Origin: Intoshia linei | Taxonomy: Eukaryota > Animalia > Orthonectida | Assembly: GCA_001642005.1 (NCBI GenBank) | Contig: LWCA01000002.1 | Coordinates: 62,001-126,000, forward strand | Length of the DNA stretch: 64,000 nucleotides | Direction: 5' to 3' | In this document: positions 26,773 to 40,180 of the stretch, in pieces | Numbering within the stretch: position 1 is the first letter of the stretch | How the letters are laid out: each line of letters starts with the position of its first letter | Notes under the pieces: generated by a model | Seen by the model: the letters and a program-made list of their open reading frames with translations, nothing else | The model's database searches: none | What the model was told of the DNA's origin: nothing | Position numbers and translations under genes: made by a program

Positions 26773-27111
26773 TTTTTTATTTTTGAATTACATTGATATT
26801 TCGAAATAATCTGTTACCCACAATCCACAGCAATCATTCTTAACTGGGCGGGGCGTGAGCATTGACACCGAATTTTATGTATTACTAAATTTTGTCAATA
26901 GTATTGACTCAGGCACATGTAGATAGTTAAATTCTGCAACCAATTCAAAATTGGCGATTGGGTCGAATGTGAAAAATTTATATGTAAATTTTATTGACTG
27001 TATCTGAATTCTTCATTCGATCTAATTTAATCCATGTAAAAATATGAAGAGTATATTGGTTACTGATTATAAACATAGTGAAAATAATTACACTCGTTAA
27101 ACGGATATAAA

Positions 27112-30100
27112 ATGAATCATTCCAATAAATTCCTTTTCTGTCCAGATATTACTATAAACACAGAATGCGCCTCTAGAAGTCCACTATCGGTTGTATCTAA
27201 AAAAGAAAATTCATCAGATTTTGACACAGAATCAGAAACACACACGGAAAATGTAAAATATTAAACTTTAAAAACTAAAACCCTTACACGTATTAAAATC
27301 TAGGCTTTGTTCAATACAGCTATACCAGAAAAACACTACAAAAAACAAGCTCAATTATCTTTAATCCCACTGTCATATACTGACATTATGGTTAAAATGC
27401 TTGGTGACTAGTAATACATACATTATCTTTTTAAATGTTTAATTAATTTAATATTAGCAAGCTAAAATCAGAAAATTGTATGGAAAATGGTTCTTACAAC
27501 AAATGTATATCCTATTGTAACAAATATATATGGGTCAACCCATATCAAAGCAAAATATACATATTGAAAGCTGAAGCTTATATAAAATTGATGGATTATA
27601 AATCTGCCATAAACAATTACAAACAAGCCCTAGTATTTTTAAAAATTGAAAATGTGAACAGAGTTAAAGAAATAAGTGAAAAGTTATCAGTAGTATATTT
27701 TTTTTATTCAATTTTCTTGAACAACACGCATCAATTTGATAAGGCTCTCGAAAATATAAATTTTTCAATTAAAATTGACCCAAACAATGAGACTTTTGTT
27801 TTTCAATGGTAATTAAAATTGTATAAATTTAAAGCGTAAATTTAATTTTTAGTATTTTGTATTTAATCAACTCTAAGCAATACGATAAATGCATCAAATT
27901 AATTTCTCTAAAAATTAAGGAACACCCAAATAACGATAAATATCATTTAATGCGAGCCAGTCTACACCTCAAGAAAAATGAGGTAATTTGAACTTTTTTA
28001 ATCTTACTTAAGGTAAGATAGCCTGAAATCATGTATGTTTAAAAACAAGGCTTAAAATATTAAATCAATAATTTTAGCATACATTAGCCTACTATAACTT
28101 GAAAGAATGCTTAAAAATAAAAAACAATCAAGCCGCCGTAAATTTGTTACTCCAGATAATTAATTTTTCAAAAAAATTCTACAAAAGTGCCCGAGACTTT
28201 TACATTGAAATGAAATTTAAAAAATCGCTGGTAAATATCAAACTAGCAATTTCACTGAACCCCGAGTGTATCAAATATTACCTATTAAAGTAAGTTTACA
28301 TTTTACAGATAATCAAAAATATAGCGCAATTCTGTTATATAAATGTGGAAATTACAAAGAGTCAATACACGAATTTGACAACATTATAAAAAATTATGAC
28401 CCCGACGACCCCAAGTACAATTTAACCATTTTAAAATCAGCTCATACAATGATTAACGTTGCAATGAATGCATATTCAACAAAATTAATACACTTTAATC
28501 AAATTGAAACTGCACTAGTTTTACTTAAAATAGTTAAACAATCAAACCCCACAATATATCAAATTTACGTCAACTTGGGAGGTATAAATTAACAAATCCA
28601 ATCATTCAATAATTAAATAATTAGACTGTTATCTCTATCTCAAAAAAATTAAACCCGCGCTAAAATATTACACGTTGGCAGAAACATTGAATAAGGAAAT
28701 CCAAATGGAGTACCATATAAAAAGTCGCATCGCAATGATACATGTATACCAATCATACAATTTATTTGAAAAATATGAATACAAAGTAATACATTATCAT
28801 TTAACGTTATCATTATATGATAGAGATGCATTTGGAATTTAAACAAAGCAATACAAATTGACAATTTTAAAGGAGAATATTATCTTTTGAGGTCGAAGTG
28901 TCATGAAAATTTAAAGGTTTTTTACATTTGATGTTAAAATGCAATATTTGAAATATTACAGTTTTTGTCGTGTTTATCAATTATTGAATCACACTTTTTT
29001 AACATTGTTTCTTTAAAATTTTTGTTTTTTTCTTTTAATGTATCCAGTCGACCTTGGCAGTCATCAATCAGTTTTGCAAATGTAACATCAGTTTCATCAA
29101 TTTTATTCAACACGTCGGTTAAATTTTTAGTATTCTCAGTTGTCGATAATTTTAATTCCGTTTGCTTCATGAAAGCAAATTTTTGCTCCATTTCACTAAG
29201 CTTATTCAATAGTAAATCCATTTTATCCACACTGAAATCTTCAGTCATAAACATACTCTCCTTTAGAAATGTTTCATCGTTATCCATCCTCAAATCAATA
29301 TCACTATTTGTACCTGGTATCTAAAATAAAATATAATTGTACTGCCAAAATATTAATTTAAATATCAATGAAGGCCTTCATTATATCCCACATTATAGTT
29401 TTTTGTTAAAATAATATATTTCTAAGGAATCATGTTAATACTATTAATGTAGGACAGGAGCGGCAAAGTTTTGCGTTTCGTGTGCCATTTTTGTTTATTA
29501 AAAAATTATACGGATCCCGTTTGTGAAAATTTACACATAATAAATTTCAATTTTAACTGCAGAGGAACGGTTCTAGTATATTCAACAAAATAATATACAG
29601 GGTGATCTGAAAATTCAGAGTTAAAATGATTCAAATGAGCCAATTATGGTAGAAAATGGTTTAAAAGTTGAAAAATATATAATTTACATATTTACTCAAA
29701 GGTCACCAAAATTATTCTGTGGGCCACTGGTTACCGACCCCTGTTGTAGAGTATGTTTATGGAACATAATTCAAAAGAGGTTACCTGTTTGTGATTCGAA
29801 TGTTGTAATGTCATCGGCATATCATTAATCCTTATATACATTTATTTACTTTTAATATATTATCGTGTAAACGTCTTAATTAATTTTAATCGATAAAATA
29901 TACAGGTAAAGAATTTATTGTAAATGTAAAAATTAAAATATCAAAAGTACAGTAATACATTGCTATAAGTAACATCGTAAACATGAAAATTTACCTCGTA
30001 TTAGTCACGCTATAACTAACAAATATTTTTTATCAATAATTAATCGATTAAGTCAATTTAAAAACATTTTTCGAGTGAATTAATCATACCAACATTTATA

Positions 30101-33100
30101 GAGATTCTCAATTTTACAAAAAATATCATTTACAAGGGTTTTGAGGTTGGTCAAACTTATAAAAAACAATTTCAGTGTTTATCGGTAATTTTTGAATGTG
30201 ATACATAAATCACATTTATTATTTACAAAGGCTGTTACGGATTGGCCTAATTTTCGAACTAAAAATTTCAAAATAGTTTCTAATGTTAATCAGCAATTTT
30301 TCAATGTAGAATATCTCGTGGCATAAATGATTTGTTTAAAATTTACCAGGCTATTGAGGATTATCCTAATTTTCCTACTAGTTTCAATGTTTATTTGTCA
30401 TATTTTCAATAATTATGAGTAATACCAATTATGAAACGTTAATTAATGAAACTAATAAAATATTACATTATACATTTATGAAATTATCTAAATCTAAAAT
30501 TTGAGGTACACCCTTAGGAGAAACTCTATGTAGCTTATCCTTCAATATCATTATTTTTGTTTTAATTATTATTGATATTAATGTTGACTCATTTTAGTGG
30601 GAACTACTTTAGGGTATCAAATCATTTGATTCAAATGTCATGTAAAATCATATTTTAAATGAAAACGTATGAGATGAAATCATGCTAAGTGAATTTTATG
30701 TTTACTCAGTCGTTTACGTTAGTTATTATTAAATTATTATTTGTAGTCATTATTTTCACTGTCAAAATTCTATAGTAAAAGTTGACTGACATGTATAAGT
30801 AACAATTTTACAAAGAATTATATAATTGTGAAACTAATTGGTTTTGAATTCTGAAATTTTGTGACAATACATAAATACGGATGATGTATAGACGTGCCAA
30901 TTGTTCGTTTCAAAAATCAAATGTGCAAAATGGGTCTTTCTATTAAAAAAAAGTGGACACCCTAATGCAGTGGTTTTCAACCTTTTTGTGTTCGCGACCC
31001 CTTATAAACATAAAAATTTTTGGCGACCCAAAAATTTTCTATATACTCCAAACATCATATCAGTTGACATAAATGAAAATATTAAAAATTCATATACAGT
31101 TTTATTTATATTTTATATATCAGTAAGCACTGCTCACTGAGCAATAAAATCAGTACAATGTATTATAATAACTAAATTTATTTTCTTCATGTAAAATTTA
31201 AGGTTCCAATTTAGATACAATTATTGATATTCTGGGCAGTGTATGCGATAAGGCGAGCCTCATATCATCTTTAACATTCAATCTGTTTATTGACATTGTT
31301 TTTATATGAACATATAGAATAAAAGCGTATAAAATCCAGCTTCACACAGATAAGTTGACTGTAAAAATAGTAACAATCTCAAAGCAATCGTAAATACATT
31401 TGGATATAAATCAATCATATCACACCAAAAAGTAGTTAGTGGTTTTTCATAGAAAATATTACGTGCAGTGGAATCATTTATTAAATCTATTACTTCATCC
31501 TGTATTTTATTGGGAATACATGTAGTTTATATATTGAGTGAAGAACATTTAAAATTGTAATACAGAATGTAAAAATATTTCCTTAACATTACTGTCAAAA
31601 TTCTATATTAAAATAAAAGAATGTATTCATAAAATTTTCAAATGGATAGACACTGTGACAAGTGAAAACCACTGCCCTAATGGGTACATTATGTAAGTTA
31701 ATAAATAATTAAACTTTCAGTACACATTTTAAATATAATAATAAAATAAAAACTACCTCTAAATTTTGATCAGAATTAATGATGGATTCATCACATGTGT
31801 TAATTTGTGCATTTGTAGAAATTGGTAGAGGCGAATCTATAATAAAATTATAACTGAGTTTGAAATAAATTGTCATGATTGTGATTATCACTTAATTTTT
31901 ACAAGATACCTTTAATATTATTATTTGATTGAAAATCTAAATTTTGTTCATAGGAAGGAGCCATTGATGGTAATATCGTAGAATTAATATATTGCAATAA
32001 TTTTAAAGGCTTATTAATATCTTCCGAACACGAGAAAGATTCACTGTGTTGATTTAAATAATGGTTGATTGGATTAGAGTCTGTATTTTGTGACTGATGT
32101 GCAAGTACGTCATTATTTGTTGATTTAAAATTAGAATCTCTAATGAAGGGAGCGATACTTCCACTATTATTCGATGCATGGGAAACGCCTGTGATTGTTG
32201 GAATTAATTTTTGTACTTGAGGATTATATGCAGGAATAGATTGAACATTGGGTGAATCAAATAAAATTTTATTTAATTGCGATATAGTTTCAACACGATT
32301 GCGTTTATTTCGGGAAGGTCCATCCGAACCTTTCATTGAAGGTACGCTAGATTTTTTAAAGGAAGCAAAAAGTTTACTCTTGTTATGATCATTATTCGAA
32401 GTATTAGAGCTTATATGTAATATATTATTATTGACAGGTTCACTTGGCGACGTCTCAGTATTTGCATTGCTGTTTCTATTTAATTCAGATTTTTTTTCAA
32501 ATCCTTCATCCCTATGATCAGTTCCCTTTATTTTGTAATTTAATGTTTGATTTATATTTGTACTTGTACGTTGGGTTTTAATTTGATTTTTTTTTCCATC
32601 TTTTATTCCTGTGTTGTATACATGCATGTTTTGATTGGAATTATTAGCATCATCAACCCTACAATATAATTGTTTTATTAGATGCAGAAATAAAATATAA
32701 TGATACCTTCCAATATTAGCAAAGTGCACTTTGCTAAACAAAATATAAGAAGTAAATACAATTACATACACCAGTGATCTCAACCTTTTTAATCAAATAT
32801 AGTCAATCCGAAAATTCAGTCAAATATAAAATGGCAGTAGATTCAACCAGGTGTAATACTTGAAAACGGTTCTTCCATTATTGATAGTTATGTATCGCAA
32901 AGAAAATATTTTGTAACTCACCACCTGTACAGAAACGAGACTACCCAGAAATGTAATTTCAGAAATAATGAAATTGTATTGAAATAAAAAAATCTGGCCG
33001 TATAGTTCAAGTGGGTTGATCTTTCTGAATCACTGATGTATACAATATGAGTTAAAATCTTTAGAAACACAAATCAATATCAATAAAACTAGAATTATTA

Positions 33101-36100
33101 TATACCATAAATGTACATTCAAATCGACAGGTTTCTTGAAAACTGAATTGCAATTGGGTATGTGACATAGTAAATTATTCACTGAAATGTGAATGCTATA
33201 AAAAAATATATAAAAATTGAAAAGAAAAAACCTGCCATGTAACAGCAAGTCGTAATGATAATTAAACTCTGTTTTGTCTTGACATTGTATCCATTTACAC
33301 TTTTGTGGGAAAGGAGGCTTGCAATGAAAAAATTTGATGTGTTTATACAAATTACTTCGATTTTTAAATATTGTATTGCAACTGTCCCATAAACAAGTCC
33401 ATATGATTGAATCATCACTATAAATAAAAAATATATACATCTCCATAAACAACATTTGAATTAACAGAAAATTCGGATAATTTTTAATAATTCATTTCCG
33501 TGTTTTCTTCCAAACGGCATGTAAAATGGTACAAATAAATCAGTCTCAATAAATAAATGTAAATAAAATTACCGAGAATTCGGACACTTTATATTATGAT
33601 CATATGCGTGTTTTTGTCTAAGTTCCATGTAAAATATTAATAAATATGTAATAATCAATGCAAAAATCAAACTTTTAACAAATTAAAATAAATTGTCATA
33701 GCAATAAGAGATTAATTTGAATATAAAAATAAAAATTTGATTTTATTTTCTAAAATATACCTGAAATGATCTTCCATTTTATTACGATCGTTATAAAGTC
33801 TACGACAAGAAAATTCTTTACAATAACTACAATTTGGAGATGTGTGGTTCCTAGATAATGTTACATTTAAATATATCTAATATTTACAAAACGTGGCCAA
33901 TAAATGACCGACCGTAATCTTTACTTGAACAACAATTCCAAAGACACTTTCCACCGACGTATGTGCGGATATGATCTCTCAGATGTAGTCTAATTTCATG
34001 TATATTGTTGTATACTTTTTCGCATTTATTCCATCTGCATTGCACTGTGGTGTAAGTTCGTGTTATAGAAATTTTAACTTTTTTACGATCCATTAATTAA
34101 AGTTTAAGTTAAATCTGTTGAATATGTTTAAATTACTATGGTCATAATGAAGCTTAGCTGTATATTTAATATTGTTTGATAATGTATTGGATATGACTTT
34201 AAATTATGTGAATAAACTTATGTTTTTATTACATTTATTGTGCTTTTAGTGCTGTATAAGAACCTTTGTACGAGGTTGCATCTCTGAAAACAATGTAGAA
34301 TGATTATGTCGATATAATAAAACAATTACGGATTAATTGTTTGAAAAAATTGTCATTAACACCGCTAAGGGTACTAGTAAATTCAGTATAGCCCGTTAGA
34401 GACAGATTTTTTAATGATCTCAGAAATTATACAGTCCGTTCAATAATAATAGGAATTTTCGTTTATTGCAGTTTTCTCAGTAGTTGATAGTAGAATAATA
34501 AAAATCAGTAATGTCCTGGACAATATTACTTGAATACGAGATATCAATATATAAATTAAAAAAACAGAAAGGATTAATTAGAAAAAGCATTTTAGTAATT
34601 CGATAACATTTATAGGCGTTCACTTATAATAGGAATTATATTTAATTTTGAAACTATACAACTTATATATCTAAAATTATATATAATTTAAAGCTAATAT
34701 TTTGTGTGATCACGTTTATTCTCTAAAACAGCCAAAAATCGTGAGGGCATAGATTTTATAAGAAATTGTTTGATTATTTCTCCGTTATCATACTTGCATT
34801 TCTCCCACGCCAAAAGTACTGCCACTCGAACATCATTTTTGTTATTATATTGTTTGTTACCGTTATCATATATTCTTAAACACATATTATGCCAGAAATT
34901 TTCGATTATATGTAGATCAGGACTCAATGGAGGATGGTTTATTAGATTAATGTGGGCATTTTCAAACATTTGCATGGTTGTTTTAGCTTTATGTACCGAT
35001 GCATTGTCTTGTAAAAAAATTATGGAAAGGTTGATATATATGTAGAAAGTGCTCCGAAAAAATATTTTGGTAAATTTCAGCATTCATTGTTCTTGGAATT
35101 TCAACCAAAGTACTGTGCATATTTTTAATGATTGCTCCCCAAAACATTAAACATCCTCCTGAACTATGACGATTTATTTTCCCCAATTTTTGAGTAGATA
35201 TATCTTGCCAAGCCTTATCACAGCTATTTCCATCTAATGTAAACAATTTTTCGTCCGAAAACCAAACATTTTCCCAATCGGTATTATTAGTAATCATTTA
35301 TTTTATGTATTTAACTCGAGCTTCCTTATGCTTTTGATTTAAATTTGATTTTTTCATTAAAGATCGATACCTAATAGTTGTTTCCTTCTTTAAAATGTTC
35401 CAAACTGATGTCTTAGAAATTCCACAAAGCGAGGCAGTGACCTTTAGAGATTTTTTGTTATTAATTATATTTTTTTACACTTTTTATCATTTTTGAATCT
35501 ATTTTACTTGTTTTACCACAATTAGACATATTTTTATTATAATCTGTATTATTTTCTAAAAAATTGAAAATATTTTGGATTACGTTCACCGACCTTATAA
35601 CCACGTTTTTTTGGTGGATTACCATTTATTATTTTCCTTCTAACTTCTAATGGAGTATAACCATCATTGTACATAATTTCAATGGATGTCTGTTCTTCTT
35701 TAGTTAACTTTGTACCTCGTCCCATTGTATGTGAATTTTTTTAACAGTTAATGAATTAATAAAGTTTTTATTACATAATTCCTATTTTTAATGAACGACA
35801 ATAAATTTTATCAAATTTTTAAAATGCTTTTTACAATTAATTATGTTTGTTTAATGTTTGTAAACCTTAAATTTATATCTTGTGTTTTAATCATATTTTC
35901 ATACTTATTACGGATTTTCAATATTTTATGTCTGTTGATAACTGTTAAAAATGAAATTAATCAAATTTACTATTATTTTTGGAACGGAGTGTATTACAGT
36001 AATAAGATCGTAGTTAATGAATGCAATTTGGAAACAGTTTACTTATTTATTTATTCAATTATAAGATAATGTAAATATCAAAATTAATACAAATTCGATT

Positions 36101-36970
36101 GATAACTATATTACTATGGTGTTTGTAAAAATTTGTACCACCTGATTCGGGTGACCTGAGTATAGTACACTATCTGATTGCAGTATGGGTTTGTGAGTTA
36201 TGTTTATTGTCGGTTGTTCGTAATAGGGAAATAAAAGTTATTTTATAATTCTAAATATAATAAAATAATAATGATTAATGATTATAATCATAATGTGGTA
36301 AATTGCCACATTACCACTGGTAATAAATTGGCTCCAATATTTATAATTCTCAAGTTAAAAACCGCTGATATTCATATTAAATTTAGAACATTGAAAAAGC
36401 TAAACACGATTTAATGTACAGTATTTACCTGTCACCATATTTTCATGGTATATACCCATTACTTGGTCGACTTTATCCAGGAAAAAATATTAGTAAATTG
36501 TTAAAAACAAAAGAAATGGATAATGTTAGATGTCAAATTATCAATAATATCGAAAATAATTTTCCAAAGTGTTTACCGGAGAAAGTGGACAAAGTTTCAA
36601 TTATGTATGTTTTTATATTTATTTACTCAATCGGGACTAGAATTCGCAAACGATAAAATACCCACCATTAGAATAGGTTTAGATTATTTTCAATGGTGAA
36701 ACTATAATATTCATTTTTCTATTAACCAGTTCTCTGGTTAGCAAACGTTTGTGATTCTTTTGATTTTGAAAGAACGATTTTGTTTATTCTTCATTTTTAG
36801 TAAAAAACCTCAAAAAGTGACCACAAACTTTTATGCAAGTTTATGCATTGAAAAAACAATGGTTTGTTCAAAAATTAATTTTTTTATTATATAAATTTTA
36901 GATACAAAATAAGGTTAAATCTCTATTATTGCAGCGTCCTAATCTTTCCAGAAAATTACCTTTCCTCTAA
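27112..36970 (+). CDS. TPR protein, TTC16-like, multi-exon with a 7.5-kb intron
   Basis: Short-intron TPR exons 27112-28916 end ...GEYYLLRSKCHENLK|gt. They join in phase 0 to exon 36387 (NIEKAKHDLMYSIYLSP...LGRLYPGKNISKLL), which resembles the TTC16 region after the last TPR. The 3' end (36656 or about 36970) is uncertain. Confidence 0.7.
28934..34093 (-). CDS. Multi-C2H2 zinc-finger protein (CxWxxC-type fingers, HINFP/GLI-like) with a low-complexity middle and C-terminal coiled coil; nested antisense in the TTC16-like intron
   Basis: Fingers CRWNKC..HLRDH, CLWNCC, CLWDSC..HIKFFH, CKWIQC and CHIPNC. Further exons at about 32658-31910, 31837-31757, 29830-29785 and 29320-28934 have GT-AG borders. 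Joining of the distal exons is inferred. Confidence 0.7.
29455..29743. mobile_element. hAT MITE, same family as 46412-46721
   Basis: CAGGAGCGGCAA...TTACCGACCCCTG termini. Shared internal blocks ttctagtatattcaacaaaata, gatctgaaaattcag and atttacatatttactcaaagg. Confidence 0.75.
30968..31674 (-). mobile_element. Internally deleted hAT Buster element retaining the transposase C-terminus
   Basis: TIRs CAGTGGTTTTCA...TGAAAACCACTG. Perfect TSD CCCTAATG at 30960-30967 and 31675-31682. Minus-strand YPNVFTIALRLLL..STYLCEAGF and DDMRLALS. Confidence 0.9.
34432..35991 (-). mobile_element. Full-length Tc1/Tc3-like element with frameshifted transposase
   Basis: TA-flanked TIRs (CAGTCCGTTCAATAATAATAG / CTATTATTTTTGGAACGGAGTG). 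Transposase runs from 35725 (MGRGTKLTKEEQ) through WFSDEK, LQDNASVH and SPDLHIIEN to 34694. Confidence 0.9.
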
Positions 36971-38187
36971 TTTAAATGTAAAAATTAGTTTGTAAATACT
37001 AAATGTAGTTTTTTCAAAATATAAATTTAATCAAAAAATGTTAATTTTTAATGTAATATTATTCAGTCAAGTTGCGTTTATTCCACGTCTAATCAACTTT
37101 TTTGAAGTTATTTAAATTTCCCTTTACGATCACAAATGTTTCAATAACCAAAAACTGATTTAATTTAAATCAATGTTTTATAGCCTTTTGTCCCGCGACC
37201 TGCCTCATATTTTTTTCTGACTAGAGTCAATTCAGATTTTTGAATGTAAATTATTTTCAAAAAATTATTAACGTGAAAAATGTGATATATAATTAACATT
37301 ACATTTGCTAAATCTTAAAAAACTTGTTAAATGTGATGAGTGTATTACAGGTTGGCTTTTGCACGACATATCAAATCTAAGATTAATATTTGAGATAACA
37401 TTCACACACAGATAACTCACACAGGCTTATATTTACTTTAAAAAAGGAATGAAACCACGTGATCCCATTCTTAAGAAACTATAATTTAAATTATATCATA
37501 CTTAACCATTTCATCACCTTATGTAATATATATTATTACTATTGATTTTGACTATTATATGATATTCACTGATTTTGTAGGAAAAATTTAGTAACTTGGC
37601 CGAAAGTTCGAAAATTATTTCAGCTTACAGTTTGCAGTTCAAAATATTCTGCATTTGTGTATTTGCTGTCTAAACTTTAGACTCTAAAGTACGATGGATT
37701 CGGTGAGCCTAACAATTACATTAACAATCGGTTAACAAGAATCAATGATTAAGAATAACAGATTTCTCCCACGTGTTATATATGATAATATGATAATATG
37801 AAAATCCCTACTCAATATCAATTGCATTATAAATGTTTGCTACACATTATAAATATTAGTTATAGTACAGTAATAGTGTAGATTCACTAGTAATGTAATT
37901 ATAAATATTTTATATTGAATGTATACGGCGGTATAGCACATTTATACATCTTACAAGTGCAAACATCTATGAGAAAATGTATCAAAAAATAAATTTAATT
38001 ATGAAATAAATCAACTAGGTATTTGAAAAATAAATTAAAGTATAATTTGTAAAGATTTTTAATGTAATAATATAAACATGTTTAAATGTATGTTATAACG
38101 TTTAAAATGGAAACCAATTGGGATATACACTGAAATGCAAAAAGATTTCAAATTTCAGCTTTGTATTAACAGTAAATATTTATAAAT

Positions 38188-39354
38188 ATGAATTTAAGAA
38201 GTCAATATAGACGGCATCGCACAACATTTACGTTTGATCAGGTACAATAAAAAATATCAATATGCATTTTAAATACTAAATATTTTAGTTGAATATTTTA
38301 GAAAATCAATTCAAAATAACACAATATCCCGATGTACTCACCAAAAACATAAACATTACATATTTTTTAGATTTTTGTTCGTGAATATTTGGGTAATATG
38401 ATGCATTTAAATGAAGCTAGAATTCAAGTAAGGAATACGTAATTTATAATTTAATTGTATTGTTTAATAACAATAATAATAAGTATAAATTTATCATTTA
38501 TTACCTTTATATCAGCGATCCCAATTATTAAAAATATACTGGGTTGATAATAAACAATTAACAATACAATATAAATATGCATATTGCCTGTGAATAAAAA
38601 TTACAAAAATTCCGCCAAAATAATTTGAGACATATTTTTATCAATACGGTAACATTTCATATTAATAGTAACTAAACATATCAACAAAAAGTTCCAAATA
38701 TATTGGCTATTATCACAGTAATAAAAAAATGGTAGTACGTGTTTAAAATTGTAAAATTTAATTTTTATCCAAATAATTCTGAAAACCAATTTTCAAAAAA
38801 AATAAATCCATTAATAAAATTTTAGTGATTAGTAAAAATTATAATTAAAATAAATTTATTTTAAAAAATATATATTTTATTGCGCCATTTAAAAAAATTG
38901 TGCAACAGGCAATATTTTTACAAACATGCATTTTCATTTTGTAAAATGTAATCATTATTTGATGTGATTGTTTTATAAACGTAATTATTGAATTTAAAAC
39001 TACATGCAGACATGTATTATTATTTTAGGTTTGGTTCCAAAACAGAAGAGCCAAGGAAAGAAAAAAAGATACACCAAAAATGAATGAAATTGATTCAAAA
39101 ATCCGAAATGCGACAAATTATAAAATGCTACGCAATAGTTTTCTTTTACAGTATATTGCATTAAAAAATATGGAAAAAATACAAGAGAATTCTAAAAAAA
39201 AGTACACAATAGATTTTTTAAAGGTTTCCAATGGTATTTCATTTTTTACGATTTTTATTGTTTATAATGTAAATTTTTAAATGAAATGAAAATTTTAGGA
39301 CACCCGAAAATGAAAAATAGACCTAATAAAATTCACAAACGATACGTAGTATAA
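38188..39354 (+). CDS. PRD-class (Q50, paired-like) homeobox gene
   Basis: Exons 38188-38241, 38289-38333, 38371-38427 and 39029 onward splice in phase 0 to YRRHRTTFTFDQ|LNILENQFKITQYPD|IFVREYLGNMMHLNEARIQ|VWFQNRRAKERKKD. Start and last exon are uncertain. Confidence 0.9.
38581..38914. mobile_element. MITE with ATATTGCCTGT termini; copies at about 63565-63878 and about 55632 (partial)
   Basis: atattgcctgt...acaggcaatat inverted ends. Shared subterminal ttgcgccattt motif. Confidence 0.6.
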
Positions 39355-40180
39355 TAATATGTCATATAATCCGAGCCGCCTATATAATGCTTTTGACATT
39401 TTAAATTTAACACAAAATAGTTATCATATTCAAGAATATAATTTTTTAATACTCAATTTGTTAAAATAAGACTACCATTTTACAAAAATTTCGTCGAGCC
39501 CCTAAGAGGCCTCGAATACGGTAGGTTTGGCTCTGTTCATAGTATCGGTTAATTACAATTAGAGTCAACTACTAAGAAGGTTTAAATGTTCTTAAACGAG
39601 TCTTAACGTATATAAATTTATAGTGAAATAATTGAAACTAAATATTTTAATTATTTTCAATATTATTAAAAATCTAATATAATTTACGATTGGAAATCTG
39701 AAACATATACAAATTTACAATAATAAATAATTTAATATTTCACTAGTATCAAAAAACTACACTTAATTGAAAATATAATGAAAAATTGAATATTGTATTG
39801 TTTGTTAAAAATATATTTGTGTCATAGTATATTGAAATTCACTCGAGATATTATTATCAGGAAACCAAGATTTAAATTTTAAATCAATATGATATCAAGC
39901 TTATATACATAACATGACATTTACATTAATACAATTGTGTTTGCTTGTCTATTGTTTTATGTTAGTGTAAATTAGTTAAAATGAATTTCTAAATTTCTTT
40001 TTAATAATGAACTGTAAATGAGAACATTGCAATTCAAAAATTAACGAAAAATAAACAAAACAAAAGAATTTTTCAGTTTATAAAATGAAAATTGGTTTAA
40101 ATGATATTGTAATGACTAAACATTAACACATAATTTTTTATGGAGATTTGTGAATAATTTAAATCTAATTACATTTTCTA

